From NCBI GenBank assembly GCA_963847775.1, contig CAWKAY010000015.1:30894-94893 (forward strand): a DNA stretch of 64,000 nt, written 5' to 3'. This stretch comes from an uncultured Acidimicrobiaceae bacterium. Lineage in GTDB: Bacteria > Actinomycetota > Acidimicrobiia > Acidimicrobiales > Ilumatobacteraceae. A program made the translations under genes and the position numbers. Under the pieces are notes generated by a model. The model ran no database searches. It saw nothing but the letters and a program-made list of their open reading frames with translations, and was not told the origin of the DNA. Below are positions 38,506 to 48,269 of the stretch, piece by piece (the first letter of the stretch is position 1; the number at the start of each line of letters is the position of its first letter).

Positions 38506-38808
38506 GTGCACGCACGCGATCGAGGATCGATGTTGGTGCTGGTCCTGCTGGTCGGTCTGGCAGTCACCATGGCGGTGACGCTCGCGTTGGTGCCCGTGCT
38601 CGGCGATCTCCACGATCGCCAACGGGCCCGGTCGGCAGCCGACGCCGCAGCGCTGGCCGGGGTGACCGGCGGCACGACGGCGTCGGGCGATGTGGCCGGG
38701 GCGAACGGCGGCGAGTTGATCGAATGGAGCCTGGTCGACGGCGCCGTGACGGTGCGCGTGCGCGTCGGTGATCAGGTCGCCGCTGCACGGGCCACCGACC
38801 GACCCTGA
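38506..38808 (+). CDS. Rv3654c/TadE-like pilus-assembly family small protein
   Basis: GGAGGAG RBS plus GTG. Reads [19 protein letters not shown]...[13 protein letters not shown]...[18 protein letters not shown]. Confidence 0.6.
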   Translation: MHARDRGSMLVLVLLVGLAVTMAVTLALVPVLGDLHDRQRARSAADAAALAGVTGGTTASGDVAGANGGELIEWSLVDGAVTVRVRVGDQVAAARATDRP

Positions 38809-38866
38809 CCGGCTCCGCCTCGGGCGCGCCGCCGACCGCCGACGCCGGCTGCCTACACTCGGTGCG

Positions 38867-40015
38867 GTGAGCAGTACCGACGACGCCTCCGCGAGGCTCT
38901 CGAGCGCGCTCGAACAGATCTTCTCCCGCGGACGATCCTCGTCCGACGATCGGGACGCACCCTCGTCGCCGCCACCCCCGCCCCCACCTTCGGTGACGAC
39001 GACCGACTGGAGCGTCGACGACGAGGCCGACGATGACGGCGACGATGACGGCGAGGTCGACGACGGCGGAGTGTATTCGGGCCCAACCGGAGGGGCTGTC
39101 GATCCCGGCACGGGGCCGACGGCAGGGGTCGCGCCCCGACCGACCGACACTCGGTACGACCTGCCGGCGATCGTGCCCGCGACCGCCGAGCCGGTGGTGG
39201 CGCCGGCTGCACCCGATCCAGGTCTGCCGACCTCGGTCGTTGCGCCGACCCTGCCGCCGACACATGCGTCGCGGGTGACGCCGGCCGAGCCGGTGGTCGC
39301 GGGGCCTCCCGCGCCCGTCGCTCCTGCTCGCCCGGCGACGACGTCGTGGGACGATCACCGGACGCCCGTCCCGGTCAACGCGCAGGGCGCCTCGCTCCGT
39401 GCGCCCGGACGGCGACCTCGGGTTCGGCGAGTCACCCGGGTCCTGCGGCACATCGACCCGTGGAGCACCTTCAAAGTGGGACTGCTGTTCAGTGCCGTGG
39501 CCTACGTCGTGTTCCTCACCGCCGGGGTGCTGCTGTGGCGAGTCGCGGACAGCACCGGCACCCTCGACAACGTCGAGCGGTGGTTCACGCAGTTCGGTTG
39601 GGAGACCTTCGAGCTGAAGGGTGAAGAGATCTTCCACAATGCGTGGATCCTCGGGCTGTTCGGCGTGGTCGCGCTCACGGGCGGTCTGGTCCTGCTGGCG
39701 ACCCTGTTCAACCTGGTCAGCGACATCGTCGGCGGGGTTCGGATGACGGTGCTCGAAGAGGAGGTCGTCGAGCGCACGATCTCGTCCACGCGACGGTACG
39801 TGGTGCGCCGCCCACCACTCGGCGCCGCCCATGACGCGGCACCGGCCTGGGATGTCGACGGCGATGATGCCGATACGGCCGAGTCCCCCGGAGCACCGGC
39901 CTCGGTGGAGCCGCCGGGTGCCGACCTGTCTCCCGCCGTCGACTGGACGGTCGACGACGACGACGATGGCGACGATGGCGACGAGGTGCCGACCTCGCGA
40001 CCGACGGTCGGTTGA
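38867..40015 (+). CDS. DUF3566 transmembrane protein (Rv0007 position) with acidic and proline-rich flanks
   Basis: RRVTRVLRHIDPWSTFKVGLLFSAVAYVVFL...LFNLVSDIVGGVRMTVLEEE. The GTG 38867 start is a guess. Confidence 0.7.
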   Translation: MSSTDDASARLSSALEQIFSRGRSSSDDRDAPSSPPPPPPPSVTTTDWSVDDEADDDGDDDGEVDDGGVYSGPTGGAVDPGTGPTAGVAPRPTDTRYDLPAIVPATAEPVVAPAAPDPGLPTSVVAPTLPPTHASRVTPAEPVVAGPPAPVAPARPATTSWDDHRTPVPVNAQGASLRAPGRRPRVRRVTRVLRHIDPWSTFKVGLLFSAVAYVVFLTAGVLLWRVADSTGTLDNVERWFTQFGWETFELKGEEIFHNAWILGLFGVVALTGGLVLLATLFNLVSDIVGGVRMTVLEEEVVERTISSTRRYVVRRPPLGAAHDAAPAWDVDGDDADTAESPGAPASVEPPGADLSPAVDWTVDDDDDGDDGDEVPTSRPTVG

Positions 40016-40053
40016 GGATTTGGCCCTCGGGCCGATAGCCTCGCACCGCTGCC

Positions 40054-40130
40054 GGGGCTATAGCTCAGTCGGTTAGAGCGCCGCCCTGATAAGGCGGAGG
40101 TCACAAGTTCGATTCTTGTTAGCCCCACCA
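40054..40130 (+). tRNA. tRNA-Ile (anticodon GAU), CCA encoded
   Basis: The cloverleaf folds fully by hand: acceptor GGGGCUA/UAGCCCC, anticodon loop CUGAUAA, T-loop UUCGAUU. Confidence 0.95.
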
Positions 40131-40245
40131 CGAAGTACCTGGTAGACGATGTACGAGGAGCCGAGAGGCGCCTCGTTCCCGTTCGAGGTCCGCGCGAGAA
40201 ACGGCGGGCTCGGTCGACCGGCAGAACCGTGACGTGGCCGCAGTC

Positions 40246-40421
40246 GTCAGCCCGCACCCGTCAGCCCGCAGGGTCAGGTCGCACCCGTCAGCCCGCAGGG
40301 TCAGCCCGCACCCGTCAGCCCGCAGGGTCAGGTCGCACCCGTCAGCCCGCACCGGTCAGGTCGCACCCGTCAGCCCGCACCCGTCAGCCCGCACCCGTCA
40401 GCCAGCAGGGTCAGGTCGCGG
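40246..40421. repeat. 13/14-bp tandem repeat GTCAG(C/G)(C/T)CGCA(CCC/GG), about 13 units
   Basis: Units start at 40246, 40260, 40273, 40287, 40300, 40314, 40327, 40341, 40355, 40369, 40383, 40397 and 40410. Confidence 0.85.
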
Positions 40422-40591
40422 TCCGACAGCGCAGCGGACGACGACGACGAGCGCCGGTTCGAGTGCGGAGCCTCCGGTCATGCGTGCGCTCTGCGAGCGC
40501 TGCCGGGCGACACCCGGTCTCGGCACACATGGGGGGCCCGGCTACGGTCGGACCCATGGAGTCGACCCAGCGTCGCGGTGTCGACCGGGGG

Positions 40592-41278
40592 ATGCGGACC
40601 TCTGATGGGAACAGCCCGCCGGAGGGGAGCAATGCGCTCCGCCGCGTCCCCCTTCGTCGATGGCTGGTGCGTGTTCTCACCGTGGGATTCCCTGTGCCGA
40701 GCTCGGAGATCAGTCGATCGCGCTCGCGGATCAGGGAGCGACACGACGAGCCGACCGCACTGCTCCCGACGAGTCATGCGGATCGCTTCGATCACTTCTA
40801 CCGCAGCAACTACCCCTCCGTCGTCAGGCTCGCGTACTCGCTGTGCGGATCGCTGTCGGTCGCCGAGGAGCTCGCTCAGGAGGCGTTCGTATCCGCCCAC
40901 CAGCGTTGGCGTCGCCTCGACTCCTACGAACGGCCCGACCTGTGGGTCCGACGCGCGGTGATCAACCGATCGATCTCGTACCGGCGACGCGAGGCGACCG
41001 AGCGCCGCGCCCTGGATCGAATCCGTGAGCGACCCGAGAACCAGCTCGAGCTCCGTTCCGAACCCGTCATCGCGGACGAGGAAGTGTGGCGGGCACTCCG
41101 CGAGTTGTCCCCTCGGCAGGCGGAGGTTCTAGCGCTGTTCTATGTGGAAGACCAGCCTCTGTCGGAGGTCGCAGCGATTCTCGAACTCGGCGAGGAGACC
41201 GTCAAGACCCACCTGAAGCGTGGGCGTTCGGCCCTGGCCGCCCGACTCGGAAGGGCCGCGAGGGGGCTCACGACGTGA
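40592..41278 (+). CDS. ECF RNA polymerase sigma factor (start uncertain: ATG 40556/40592 or a later GTG)
   Basis: FDHFYRSNYPSVVRLAYSL..AEELAQEAF (region 2) and LSPRQAEVLALFYVEDQPLSEVAAILELGEETVKTHLKRGR (region 4). Confidence 0.8.
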   Translation: MRTSDGNSPPEGSNALRRVPLRRWLVRVLTVGFPVPSSEISRSRSRIRERHDEPTALLPTSHADRFDHFYRSNYPSVVRLAYSLCGSLSVAEELAQEAFVSAHQRWRRLDSYERPDLWVRRAVINRSISYRRREATERRALDRIRERPENQLELRSEPVIADEEVWRALRELSPRQAEVLALFYVEDQPLSEVAAILELGEETVKTHLKRGRSALAARLGRAARGLTT

Positions 41279-41694
41279 ACATCGATCAGCGTCTTCACCA
41301 TGCCGCTCGCGAGTTGCGCGAGTTGAACATCGAACCGCCCCTCCTCGACCTCGGCGCCGTCCCGCTCGCTCGTGCCGCGCCGCACCGACGAATCCCCGCA
41401 CTCGTGGCACCGATGCTCTTCGTGCTCGGCGGCCTCGTGATGGTGGCCGGCGAGCTCCGGCCCGACACCGCCCGTGTCGATGAGCCGGCGCCAGCGCCGA
41501 CGACGGTGACGAAGCCGACACCCGATGCCGTCGATGCTTCCAGCATTCCGGTCAGAACCACGCCGACCGACGAGTTGCGCATGATCGCCGAGCTCGTCGC
41601 AGACATCGGTCCCGACCTCGCCCCGGACCAAGACCAGGCCGACTCGGCTGTCCCACCCCCGGTCGTACGGCCGGGTCCGATCGGCGCGATCTGA
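41275..41694 (+). CDS. Putative cognate anti-sigma / single-TM protein
   Basis: GTGA overlap with the sigma stop. TM segment ALVAPMLFVLGGLVMVAG. Confidence 0.5.
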   Translation: MNIDQRLHHAARELRELNIEPPLLDLGAVPLARAAPHRRIPALVAPMLFVLGGLVMVAGELRPDTARVDEPAPAPTTVTKPTPDAVDASSIPVRTTPTDELRMIAELVADIGPDLAPDQDQADSAVPPPVVRPGPIGAI

Positions 41695-42040
41695 GAGCCT
41701 GCGACCCAGACCGAGGAGATCCTCCGCGGTCCGTGCTGGAAGCCGATCGAGCATCAGATCCCGTGCGACGCACGGGCGGAGCCCGTCACCAGCCACCTGC
41801 CGGGCGTCGTGTAGGAGCACACCCAGTGGCCCGGGCGACGACTCCGGACCGGGGGAGGAGGTCGACCCGGCCCGTGGTCGGACGTCGGCCTCGGTGCTCG
41901 TGATCGTCGAGTGACGCACCGGGTCCGCGTCGATCCTCGTTCCGGGTTCACCACGATCGTGATCGTGCACTGATCTCGGTCGTTGTCCCCCGGGCGGCAC
42001 GCCCCTGGCGTGTTCCTGACGACACGACACAGGGGGAGAC

Positions 42041-43867
42041 ATGCAACGCACGATCGCGAACCGTCATCGTTGGGCCCGGCCAATCACCGCGCTCACCACG
42101 CTTGCACTCGTGGCCGCTGCGTGCGGCGGCGACGATGACGAGGGAGGGGGCGTGGCCGACGACGCGACACCCGTCACCGACGCTCCCGCCGGCGAAACGA
42201 GCGACGCCGACACCGAGACCGAGCCGACCGCCGACGCAAGCGAGGACGCCGGCAACGACGGCGACGGTGCCACCGACAGCGATGCCGGTGCGACCGGCGG
42301 CAGCGTCGTCTTCGCCGCCGAGCAGTGGCCCGAGTGCCTGAACCCGGTCACCTCGTGCGCCAACGCGTCCTGGCTCGTGTGGTCGGTGACCGCCCACATC
42401 CTGCCTCGCCTCATGGAACTCGATGTCGATGGCAACTACCAGGCCTCGCCGGTGCTCGTGGAGGCACCGAGCCTGGAGAACGGCCTCATCACCCAGAACC
42501 CGTTCACGGTCACCTACATGATCCGCGACGAGGCGGTCTGGAGCGACGGCACCCCGATCACCTCCGAGGATGTGCGTTTCACGTGGCGCTCGATCCTCGA
42601 GACGACCGGCACGCTGAGCACCGCTGGTGTCGATCTCATCACCGATGTCGACGCCTCCGATCCGAAGATCGCCGTCATCACCTTCGAGGAGAACTACGCG
42701 CCGTGGGCCGACATCTTCGGCGGCGGCACTGGATTCCTCCTCAAGTCGGACGAGTTCGGAGGCACCGATGTCGCCGACGAGATGCTCGACGCGATCAACT
42801 GGTCGGGTGGCCCGTGGTTGCTCCAGAGCTGGGGCGCCGAGGAGGCCGTGCTCGTCCGCAACGACGCCTACTGGGACGAGGAACGTGCGCCCCTGATCGA
42901 TCAGGTGACGTTCGTACCGCGCGAAGACACCGACACCGAGATCATCTCCCTCCAGACCGGTGAGGTCGCAGCGATCTTCCCGCAGCCGTCACCCGGCGTG
43001 AACGAGCGGCTCAGTCAATCCGGTATCGACTTCACGATCGCCGGTGGGGTGGTGTTCGAAGGCCTGTGGCCGAACCAGCGATCGCCACAGTCGCCGATCC
43101 TCGCCGATCGAGCGGTGCGCGAAGCGCTCGCGTTCGCGATCGATCGCCAGGAGATCTTCGACACCGTGATGGCGCCGATCTTCCCAGACGGTGGTGTGTT
43201 GCAGTGCGCCGGCTGGGTGCCGACCGTCGGCGATTGGTGCGGCGAGGACTTCGCCGATGTCGTCCAGGACTTCGACCGCGCCGAGCAGATCCTCACCGAC
43301 GCCGGTTGGGCTCGCACTGGCGATGGTGTCTGGGAGAAGGACGGCACACCACTGGTCATCGAATGGAACACCGTTGCCGGCAACCGTCGGCGTGAGGACG
43401 TCCAGGCGCTGGTTCAGGAGCAGGTCGCTGACTTCGGCATCCAGTTCGAGATCAACAACCTCGACGCCGGAGAGCTGTTCCAGAATCGGTTGCCGACCCT
43501 CGACTTCGGGATGGGTCTGTACGCCCAGGTCGCCAGCCCCGATCCGTCGGTGACAACCATCTACGACCGCAGCCAGATCCCGAGCGAGGCGAACGGGTTC
43601 TCCGGACAGAACAACATCGCATGGGACAGCGAACGAGTGACCGAGTTGTCGCTGCTCAGCGACCAGCAGCTCGACCCGGTCGAGCGGCTCGCGACGATCC
43701 GCGAGATCGGCGCCGAGGTGCGCGCCGACATGGCGTGGATCCCGCTCTACCAACTCCCGAACCTCACGGCCTGGAGGTCCGACCAGCTCGACGGACCGAT
43801 CGGCGACTGGACGTCGAGCGCCTACGGCGGGTTCTCCAACATGTACGACTGGTTCCTCACCGGGTGA
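42041..43867 (+). CDS. ABC transporter substrate-binding lipoprotein, family 5 (peptide/nickel type)
   Basis: GGGGGAG RBS. Lipobox LALVAAACGG. 608 aa. Confidence 0.85.
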   Translation: MQRTIANRHRWARPITALTTLALVAAACGGDDDEGGGVADDATPVTDAPAGETSDADTETEPTADASEDAGNDGDGATDSDAGATGGSVVFAAEQWPECLNPVTSCANASWLVWSVTAHILPRLMELDVDGNYQASPVLVEAPSLENGLITQNPFTVTYMIRDEAVWSDGTPITSEDVRFTWRSILETTGTLSTAGVDLITDVDASDPKIAVITFEENYAPWADIFGGGTGFLLKSDEFGGTDVADEMLDAINWSGGPWLLQSWGAEEAVLVRNDAYWDEERAPLIDQVTFVPREDTDTEIISLQTGEVAAIFPQPSPGVNERLSQSGIDFTIAGGVVFEGLWPNQRSPQSPILADRAVREALAFAIDRQEIFDTVMAPIFPDGGVLQCAGWVPTVGDWCGEDFADVVQDFDRAEQILTDAGWARTGDGVWEKDGTPLVIEWNTVAGNRRREDVQALVQEQVADFGIQFEINNLDAGELFQNRLPTLDFGMGLYAQVASPDPSVTTIYDRSQIPSEANGFSGQNNIAWDSERVTELSLLSDQQLDPVERLATIREIGAEVRADMAWIPLYQLPNLTAWRSDQLDGPIGDWTSSAYGGFSNMYDWFLTG

Positions 43868-43958
43868 TCGGGTTCGGGAAGACCATCGTCGTGGAGAGCG
43901 ACGGTGGTCCTGGCGTTATGGATCGACAACGGCGGGAGCGGCTCGCGCGAGGCCTACG

Positions 43959-44936
43959 GTGATCTCGTACGCCGTCCGACGACTCCTGGTGTCGATTCCG
44001 ATGCTCATCGTGCTCAGCGTCGTCTCGTTCGCCGCGACGCGGGCGGTGTCGAGTCCGGAGGCCGGCATTCGCAGCAACCCGCGAGTCTCGGTCGAGGACA
44101 TCCAGCGTTACCGCGAGCAGCTCGGGCTCGACGATTCGGCGTCGGAGCAGTACCTCCGGTGGCTGGGCAACACAGTCAGCGGCGATCTCGGCACGTCGCT
44201 CGTGTCGAACCGCGATGTCTGGCCGCAACTGTCGAGCGCGCTGTGGAACACGGCGGTGCTCGGTGTGACTGCGCTGGTGTTCAGCTTCGTGATCGGCGTC
44301 GGCATCGGAGTGCTCTCCGCCGTCAAACGCGGATCGTTGTTCGACTACTCGGCCACGGGCGCTGCGTTCTTCGGGCTCTCGATGCCGAACTTCTGGTTCG
44401 CGATCATGTTGCAGCTGTTCTTCGGTGTGTACCTCGTCGACTGGTTGGGCCTCGACGGCCCGTTGTTCTTCACCGCCGGCACCAGGTCACCGGGTGTGAC
44501 CGACTTCGATCTGCTCGATCGGATTCGGCATCTCGTGTTACCGGCGCTCGTACTGGCGGTCCAGCTGGTCGCCGTGTACAGCCGCTACATGCGGGCCTCG
44601 CTGCTGGAAGTCCTCCATGCCGACTACGTTCGCACGGCCCGTGCCAAGGGCGCGAGCGAACGTCGAGTCGTCGGGCGCCACGCCCTGCGCAACGCCATGA
44701 TCCCGGTCACGACCCAGCTCGCCGGCGATGTCGGCGCGCTCTTCGGCGGTCTCGTGATCACCGAGACCGTGTTCCAGTGGCCCGGCATGGGACCCCTGTT
44801 CCTGACCGCCATGCAGAACGGCGACTACCAGGTCATCCTGCCGTGGCTGATGATCACGGCGTTTGCCGTGGTGTTCTTCAACCTCGTCGCGGATCTCGCG
44901 TACGGCGTGCTCGACCCGCGGATCCGTCATGGCTGA
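43959..44936 (+). CDS. ABC transporter permease (DppB/OppB-like)
   Basis: 325 aa. ARAKGASERRVVGRHALRNA EAA-loop motif. Confidence 0.9.
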   Translation: MISYAVRRLLVSIPMLIVLSVVSFAATRAVSSPEAGIRSNPRVSVEDIQRYREQLGLDDSASEQYLRWLGNTVSGDLGTSLVSNRDVWPQLSSALWNTAVLGVTALVFSFVIGVGIGVLSAVKRGSLFDYSATGAAFFGLSMPNFWFAIMLQLFFGVYLVDWLGLDGPLFFTAGTRSPGVTDFDLLDRIRHLVLPALVLAVQLVAVYSRYMRASLLEVLHADYVRTARAKGASERRVVGRHALRNAMIPVTTQLAGDVGALFGGLVITETVFQWPGMGPLFLTAMQNGDYQVILPWLMITAFAVVFFNLVADLAYGVLDPRIRHG

Positions 44937-45909
44937 ACCGACGACGGACCGCAGCGCCGACGCCCCCTGGATGCGCCGTCGAGCGATCGGTGCCGCACCA
45001 CGCTCGCGTGCTGAGATCGAGGCCGAGGCTGCCGCCGAGCTCGACGGTTTCGACCAACCACCGGAGTCGCAATGGCGACTCGCCTCCGAACGATTCCGTC
45101 TCCACCGACTCGCGATGTTGGCCGGCGCGGTGCTCGCGCTGATGGTCGTGCTCTGTGCCGCAGCGCCGTTGATCGCGCCCTATCCGTACACCGAACAGGA
45201 CCTCACGGCGACCTTCGCGAGCCCCGACGGCACGCACCTGCTCGGCACCGATTCGCTCGGCCGAGACCAGCTCTCCCGCCTGCTCTACGGCGGTCGGGTG
45301 TCATTGGCGGTCGGCTTCGGGGTCGCGTTGGTGGCTGGCGCGTTCGGTACGCTCGTCGGCACCGTGGCCGGCTATGCCGGCGGCTGGTTCGATGCAGTGC
45401 TGATGCGGTTCACCGACTTCGTGCTCGCCCTGCCTGCGCTCATCTTCCTCATCGTCGCGGCCCGGATCTTCGGCGACTCGATCCCGACCGTCGTGCTGCT
45501 CGTCTCGGCGATCACCTGGATGCCGCTGGCACGCATCGTGCGCGGTGTCACGCTGTCGATCAAGAACCAGGAGTTCATCATGGCGGCCAAGGCATCGGGC
45601 GCCGGTTCGCGGCGCGTGATCGTGCGTCACATCCTCCCGAACGTGATCGGCCCGGTGGTGGTCAACCTCACGCTCACGGTCGCTGCTGCGATCCTGCTCG
45701 AATCAGCCCTGTCGTTCCTGGGGCTCGGCATCCAGCCACCGACGCCCACCTGGGGCAACATGCTCGCCGGGTCGAAGGGTTACGTACAGACCGCACCGTG
45801 GCTCGTGTGGTTCCCGGGTTTGATGATCCTGCTGACCGTGCTGTGCGTCAACTTTCTGGGGGACGGCCTGCGCGACGCCCTCGACCCGACCGACACGCGA
45901 TCCGCATGA
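44929..45909 (+). CDS. ABC transporter permease (DppC/OppC-like)
   Basis: ATG 44929 overlaps the upstream stop by 8 nt. AAKASGAGSRRVIVRHILPN EAA loop. Confidence 0.9.
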   Translation: MAEPTTDRSADAPWMRRRAIGAAPRSRAEIEAEAAAELDGFDQPPESQWRLASERFRLHRLAMLAGAVLALMVVLCAAAPLIAPYPYTEQDLTATFASPDGTHLLGTDSLGRDQLSRLLYGGRVSLAVGFGVALVAGAFGTLVGTVAGYAGGWFDAVLMRFTDFVLALPALIFLIVAARIFGDSIPTVVLLVSAITWMPLARIVRGVTLSIKNQEFIMAAKASGAGSRRVIVRHILPNVIGPVVVNLTLTVAAAILLESALSFLGLGIQPPTPTWGNMLAGSKGYVQTAPWLVWFPGLMILLTVLCVNFLGDGLRDALDPTDTRSA

Positions 45910-46073
45910 CTCCCCCACCACCAGGATGCGTACCTCCCTCCGGCGGACGCATCTCCCCGGTTCGGTACCTTCGGATTCCTCCTGTCGTCGAGGTGGCCCC
46001 CAGTCGGACCAAGGCGTGCTGTGCGATCTCCTCGGCTGCCCCACCCATCGGTGCGAACCAGTGTCCAGGACCA

Positions 46074-48209
46074 TCAGCGGGTGCGGAGGGCGAACGGGAG
46101 GACCGGACCGGTACCGGCTCCCGTCAGCATCCAGGCGGCGATCGTGATCGTCCACCGGCTGTCGATCTCGTCGTCGATGAGCAGTACCGGTCCCCGGAGC
46201 AGATCGCCCGGCAGCGCCGAGGGGTCGATGGCGAAACGATCCCACACGTTCATGACCTGGTGGGCGGAGTTCGCCTGCTCCGACTGGAACGCATCGATCA
46301 TCGTCGCCGGTGCGGATCGGGCAACGAGGGCGGGGTGGACCGGGAGCTTCCCGAGCCGCCCGATCGCGTCGGCGACCCCGTTCACCAATCCGGACCGACG
46401 CCGTGACGGCATCGGGCAGATCCAGGTGGGACGGGCGGACCAGTCCCATCGCTTGAGGATCGCCGCGATCGCCGTGACCATCTCCGTGGGCACGGTCACC
46501 TCCTGGCCGGCATCGCAGGATTCGATCAGCTGGTCGACGATCGGGTTCCAACCGCCGTCGCCGAGCCGGGCGAGCGCGCGACCGGTCGTCGCCTGCCGAT
46601 CGGCCGCGATTCGACCTCGCGGCTGTGCGAGACCCGATGGCCACTGGCGCCGTGCCTCGACCTCGATGTCGCCGCCGCGGAGCAGGTCCTGGGCTGCTGC
46701 GACGGTGACGGGGTCGGGTCCGCGCCGCCATGACGAGTCGGTGCAGCGATCGCACCGGCCGCAATCGTCGGCGGTGGGGTCGTCGAGGGCTTCGCGGAGA
46801 AATCGCAGCCGGCACGACGACAGGTCGGCCCAGTGCAGCATCTGGTCGGCCTCGGCGCGTCGGAGCCGGCGCAACGCGGCGACGAGCTCGTGGTCGTATC
46901 GCCAGTGCTCGTCGGTTCGGACGTAGCCACCGCCGACGCGTTCGATCGCCCCGTCGACCTCGAGGATGCTGAGCAGGATCGAGAGGCGGCTGCGGCCGAT
47001 GTTGACACCGGGCTCGAGCGCAGCGATCGACGTCGGTTCGGTCGGGTGGAGCAGGCGGATCACCGACCGGCAGATCTCCTCCGACGGCAACGACACCGAT
47101 TCGAACCATCGCCACACGGCTGCGTCCTCGACGGGGCGGGGGAGCGCGATCACCTCCGCCCGGTCGATCGCACGGCCGGCACGACCGATCTGCTGGTAGT
47201 ACGCGACCGGTGTCGGCGGCAGACCGAGATGAACGCAGAAGGCCAAGTCGCCCTTGTCGAAGCCCATCCCGAGCGCGGACGTGGCGACGAGCGCCTTGAG
47301 TTCGTTGTCGCGGAGCGCGGTTTCCATCGCCAGTCGGCGTTCTGGATCGACTGATCCGGTGTAGGCCTCGACCGAGTGTCCCCGTGAGCGGAGCCACGCC
47401 GCAGTCGTCATCGCCTGATCGACGGTCAGGCAGTAGACGATGCCCGACCCGGGGAGATCGTCGATCGACTCGTGGAGCCACGCCAGCCGATGTGCGTCGT
47501 CGGGGAGCTCGACCACCGAGAGTCGGAGCGATTCACGGTCGAGGGGGGTGCGCAGGACGAGGGTGTCGTCACCGAGCTGACCGGCGACGTCATCGGTGAC
47601 GCGCTGGTTCGCCGTTGCGGTCGTCGCCAGGACCGGCGTCCACGCCGGCAGTTCCGCGAGCAGGCGGCGGAGTCGGCGGTAGTCGGGTCGGAAGTCGTGG
47701 CCCCAGTCGGAGATGCAGTGTGCTTCGTCGCACACGAGTGCGAATGCGCGGGACCGCATCGTGTCGAACACGCGGCGCCGGAAACCGGCGTTCGCAAGCC
47801 GCTCCGGAGCGATGAGGAGCAGGTCGATCTCGTCACGGTCGATGCATTCCTCGATCTCGGTCCATGCGTCGACGTTGGAGGAGTTGATGGTCACCGCTGC
47901 CAGCCCGAGCCGTTCGGCTGCGGCGACCTGATCGCGCATCAGGGCGAGGAGCGGCGACACCACGATGGTCGGGCCCCAACCGCGATCGCGCAGCATGCGA
48001 GTCGCCGAGAAGTACACCGCCGACTTGCCGAACCCGGTTCTGGCGACCAAGAGGGTCCGGCGTCGTTCGGCGACGACGGCCGTGACGGCGGCGATCTGGT
48101 CGGCGCGCGGCGTGGCGTCGGGCCCGGCGAGGGCGCGCACGTGCTGGGCGAGCTCGGACTCGACCTCATCGCTCGTGGGCCGAGCCGGTTCGGTCACGAC
48201 GCCCATCAT
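46074..48209 (-). CDS. RecQ-family DNA helicase with a C-terminal phosphoribosyltransferase/ComF-like domain
   Basis: Start MMGVVTE at 48209. Motifs TGFGKS, DEAHCISDWGHDFRPDY, tetra-Cys CRLRF..CGRCDRC, and a tail GPVLLIDDEIDSRWTI. Confidence 0.85.
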   Translation of the reverse strand: MMGVVTEPARPTSDEVESELAQHVRALAGPDATPRADQIAAVTAVVAERRRTLLVARTGFGKSAVYFSATRMLRDRGWGPTIVVSPLLALMRDQVAAAERLGLAAVTINSSNVDAWTEIEECIDRDEIDLLLIAPERLANAGFRRRVFDTMRSRAFALVCDEAHCISDWGHDFRPDYRRLRRLLAELPAWTPVLATTATANQRVTDDVAGQLGDDTLVLRTPLDRESLRLSVVELPDDAHRLAWLHESIDDLPGSGIVYCLTVDQAMTTAAWLRSRGHSVEAYTGSVDPERRLAMETALRDNELKALVATSALGMGFDKGDLAFCVHLGLPPTPVAYYQQIGRAGRAIDRAEVIALPRPVEDAAVWRWFESVSLPSEEICRSVIRLLHPTEPTSIAALEPGVNIGRSRLSILLSILEVDGAIERVGGGYVRTDEHWRYDHELVAALRRLRRAEADQMLHWADLSSCRLRFLREALDDPTADDCGRCDRCTDSSWRRGPDPVTVAAAQDLLRGGDIEVEARRQWPSGLAQPRGRIAADRQATTGRALARLGDGGWNPIVDQLIESCDAGQEVTVPTEMVTAIAAILKRWDWSARPTWICPMPSRRRSGLVNGVADAIGRLGKLPVHPALVARSAPATMIDAFQSEQANSAHQVMNVWDRFAIDPSALPGDLLRGPVLLIDDEIDSRWTITIAAWMLTGAGTGPVLPFALRTR

Positions 48210-48228
48210 CTGGACCGTATCGTCTCGG

Positions 48229-48245
48229 TTGGGGTCTGACCCCGA
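48229..48245. promoter_or_regulatory. Palindrome TTGGGGTCTGACCCCGA in a 60-bp divergent promoter gap
   Basis: Same 15-nt core as at 5498-5514 and 58395-58411. Followed by TAGGGT six nt before ATG 48270. Confidence 0.4.
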
Positions 48246-48269
48246 ATGAAACGGGCGTAGGGTGAGCGG

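Noticed and set aside
36640-38771. Arg/Pro/His-rich tail of the 945-aa ORF 35934..38771
   Set aside because: It is the out-of-frame read-through after the gyrA indel. The true GyrA continuation is in ORF 36694..38421.
40131-40245. Second tRNA (tRNA-Ala expected from mycobacterial synteny)
   Set aside because: The sequence does not fold into a cloverleaf and has no T-loop GTTCGA/ATCC signature.
40131-41700. Genomic island integrated at tRNA-Ile
   Set aside because: I found no integrase, no recognisable direct repeat of the tRNA 3' end, and the downstream genes are ordinary ECF sigma and anti-sigma genes.
41695-42040. Cobalamin riboswitch
   Set aside because: A GCCACTG B12-box-like heptamer exists only on the minus strand (complement of 41823-41829), where no downstream gene exists. 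I could not find the other conserved riboswitch elements on either strand.
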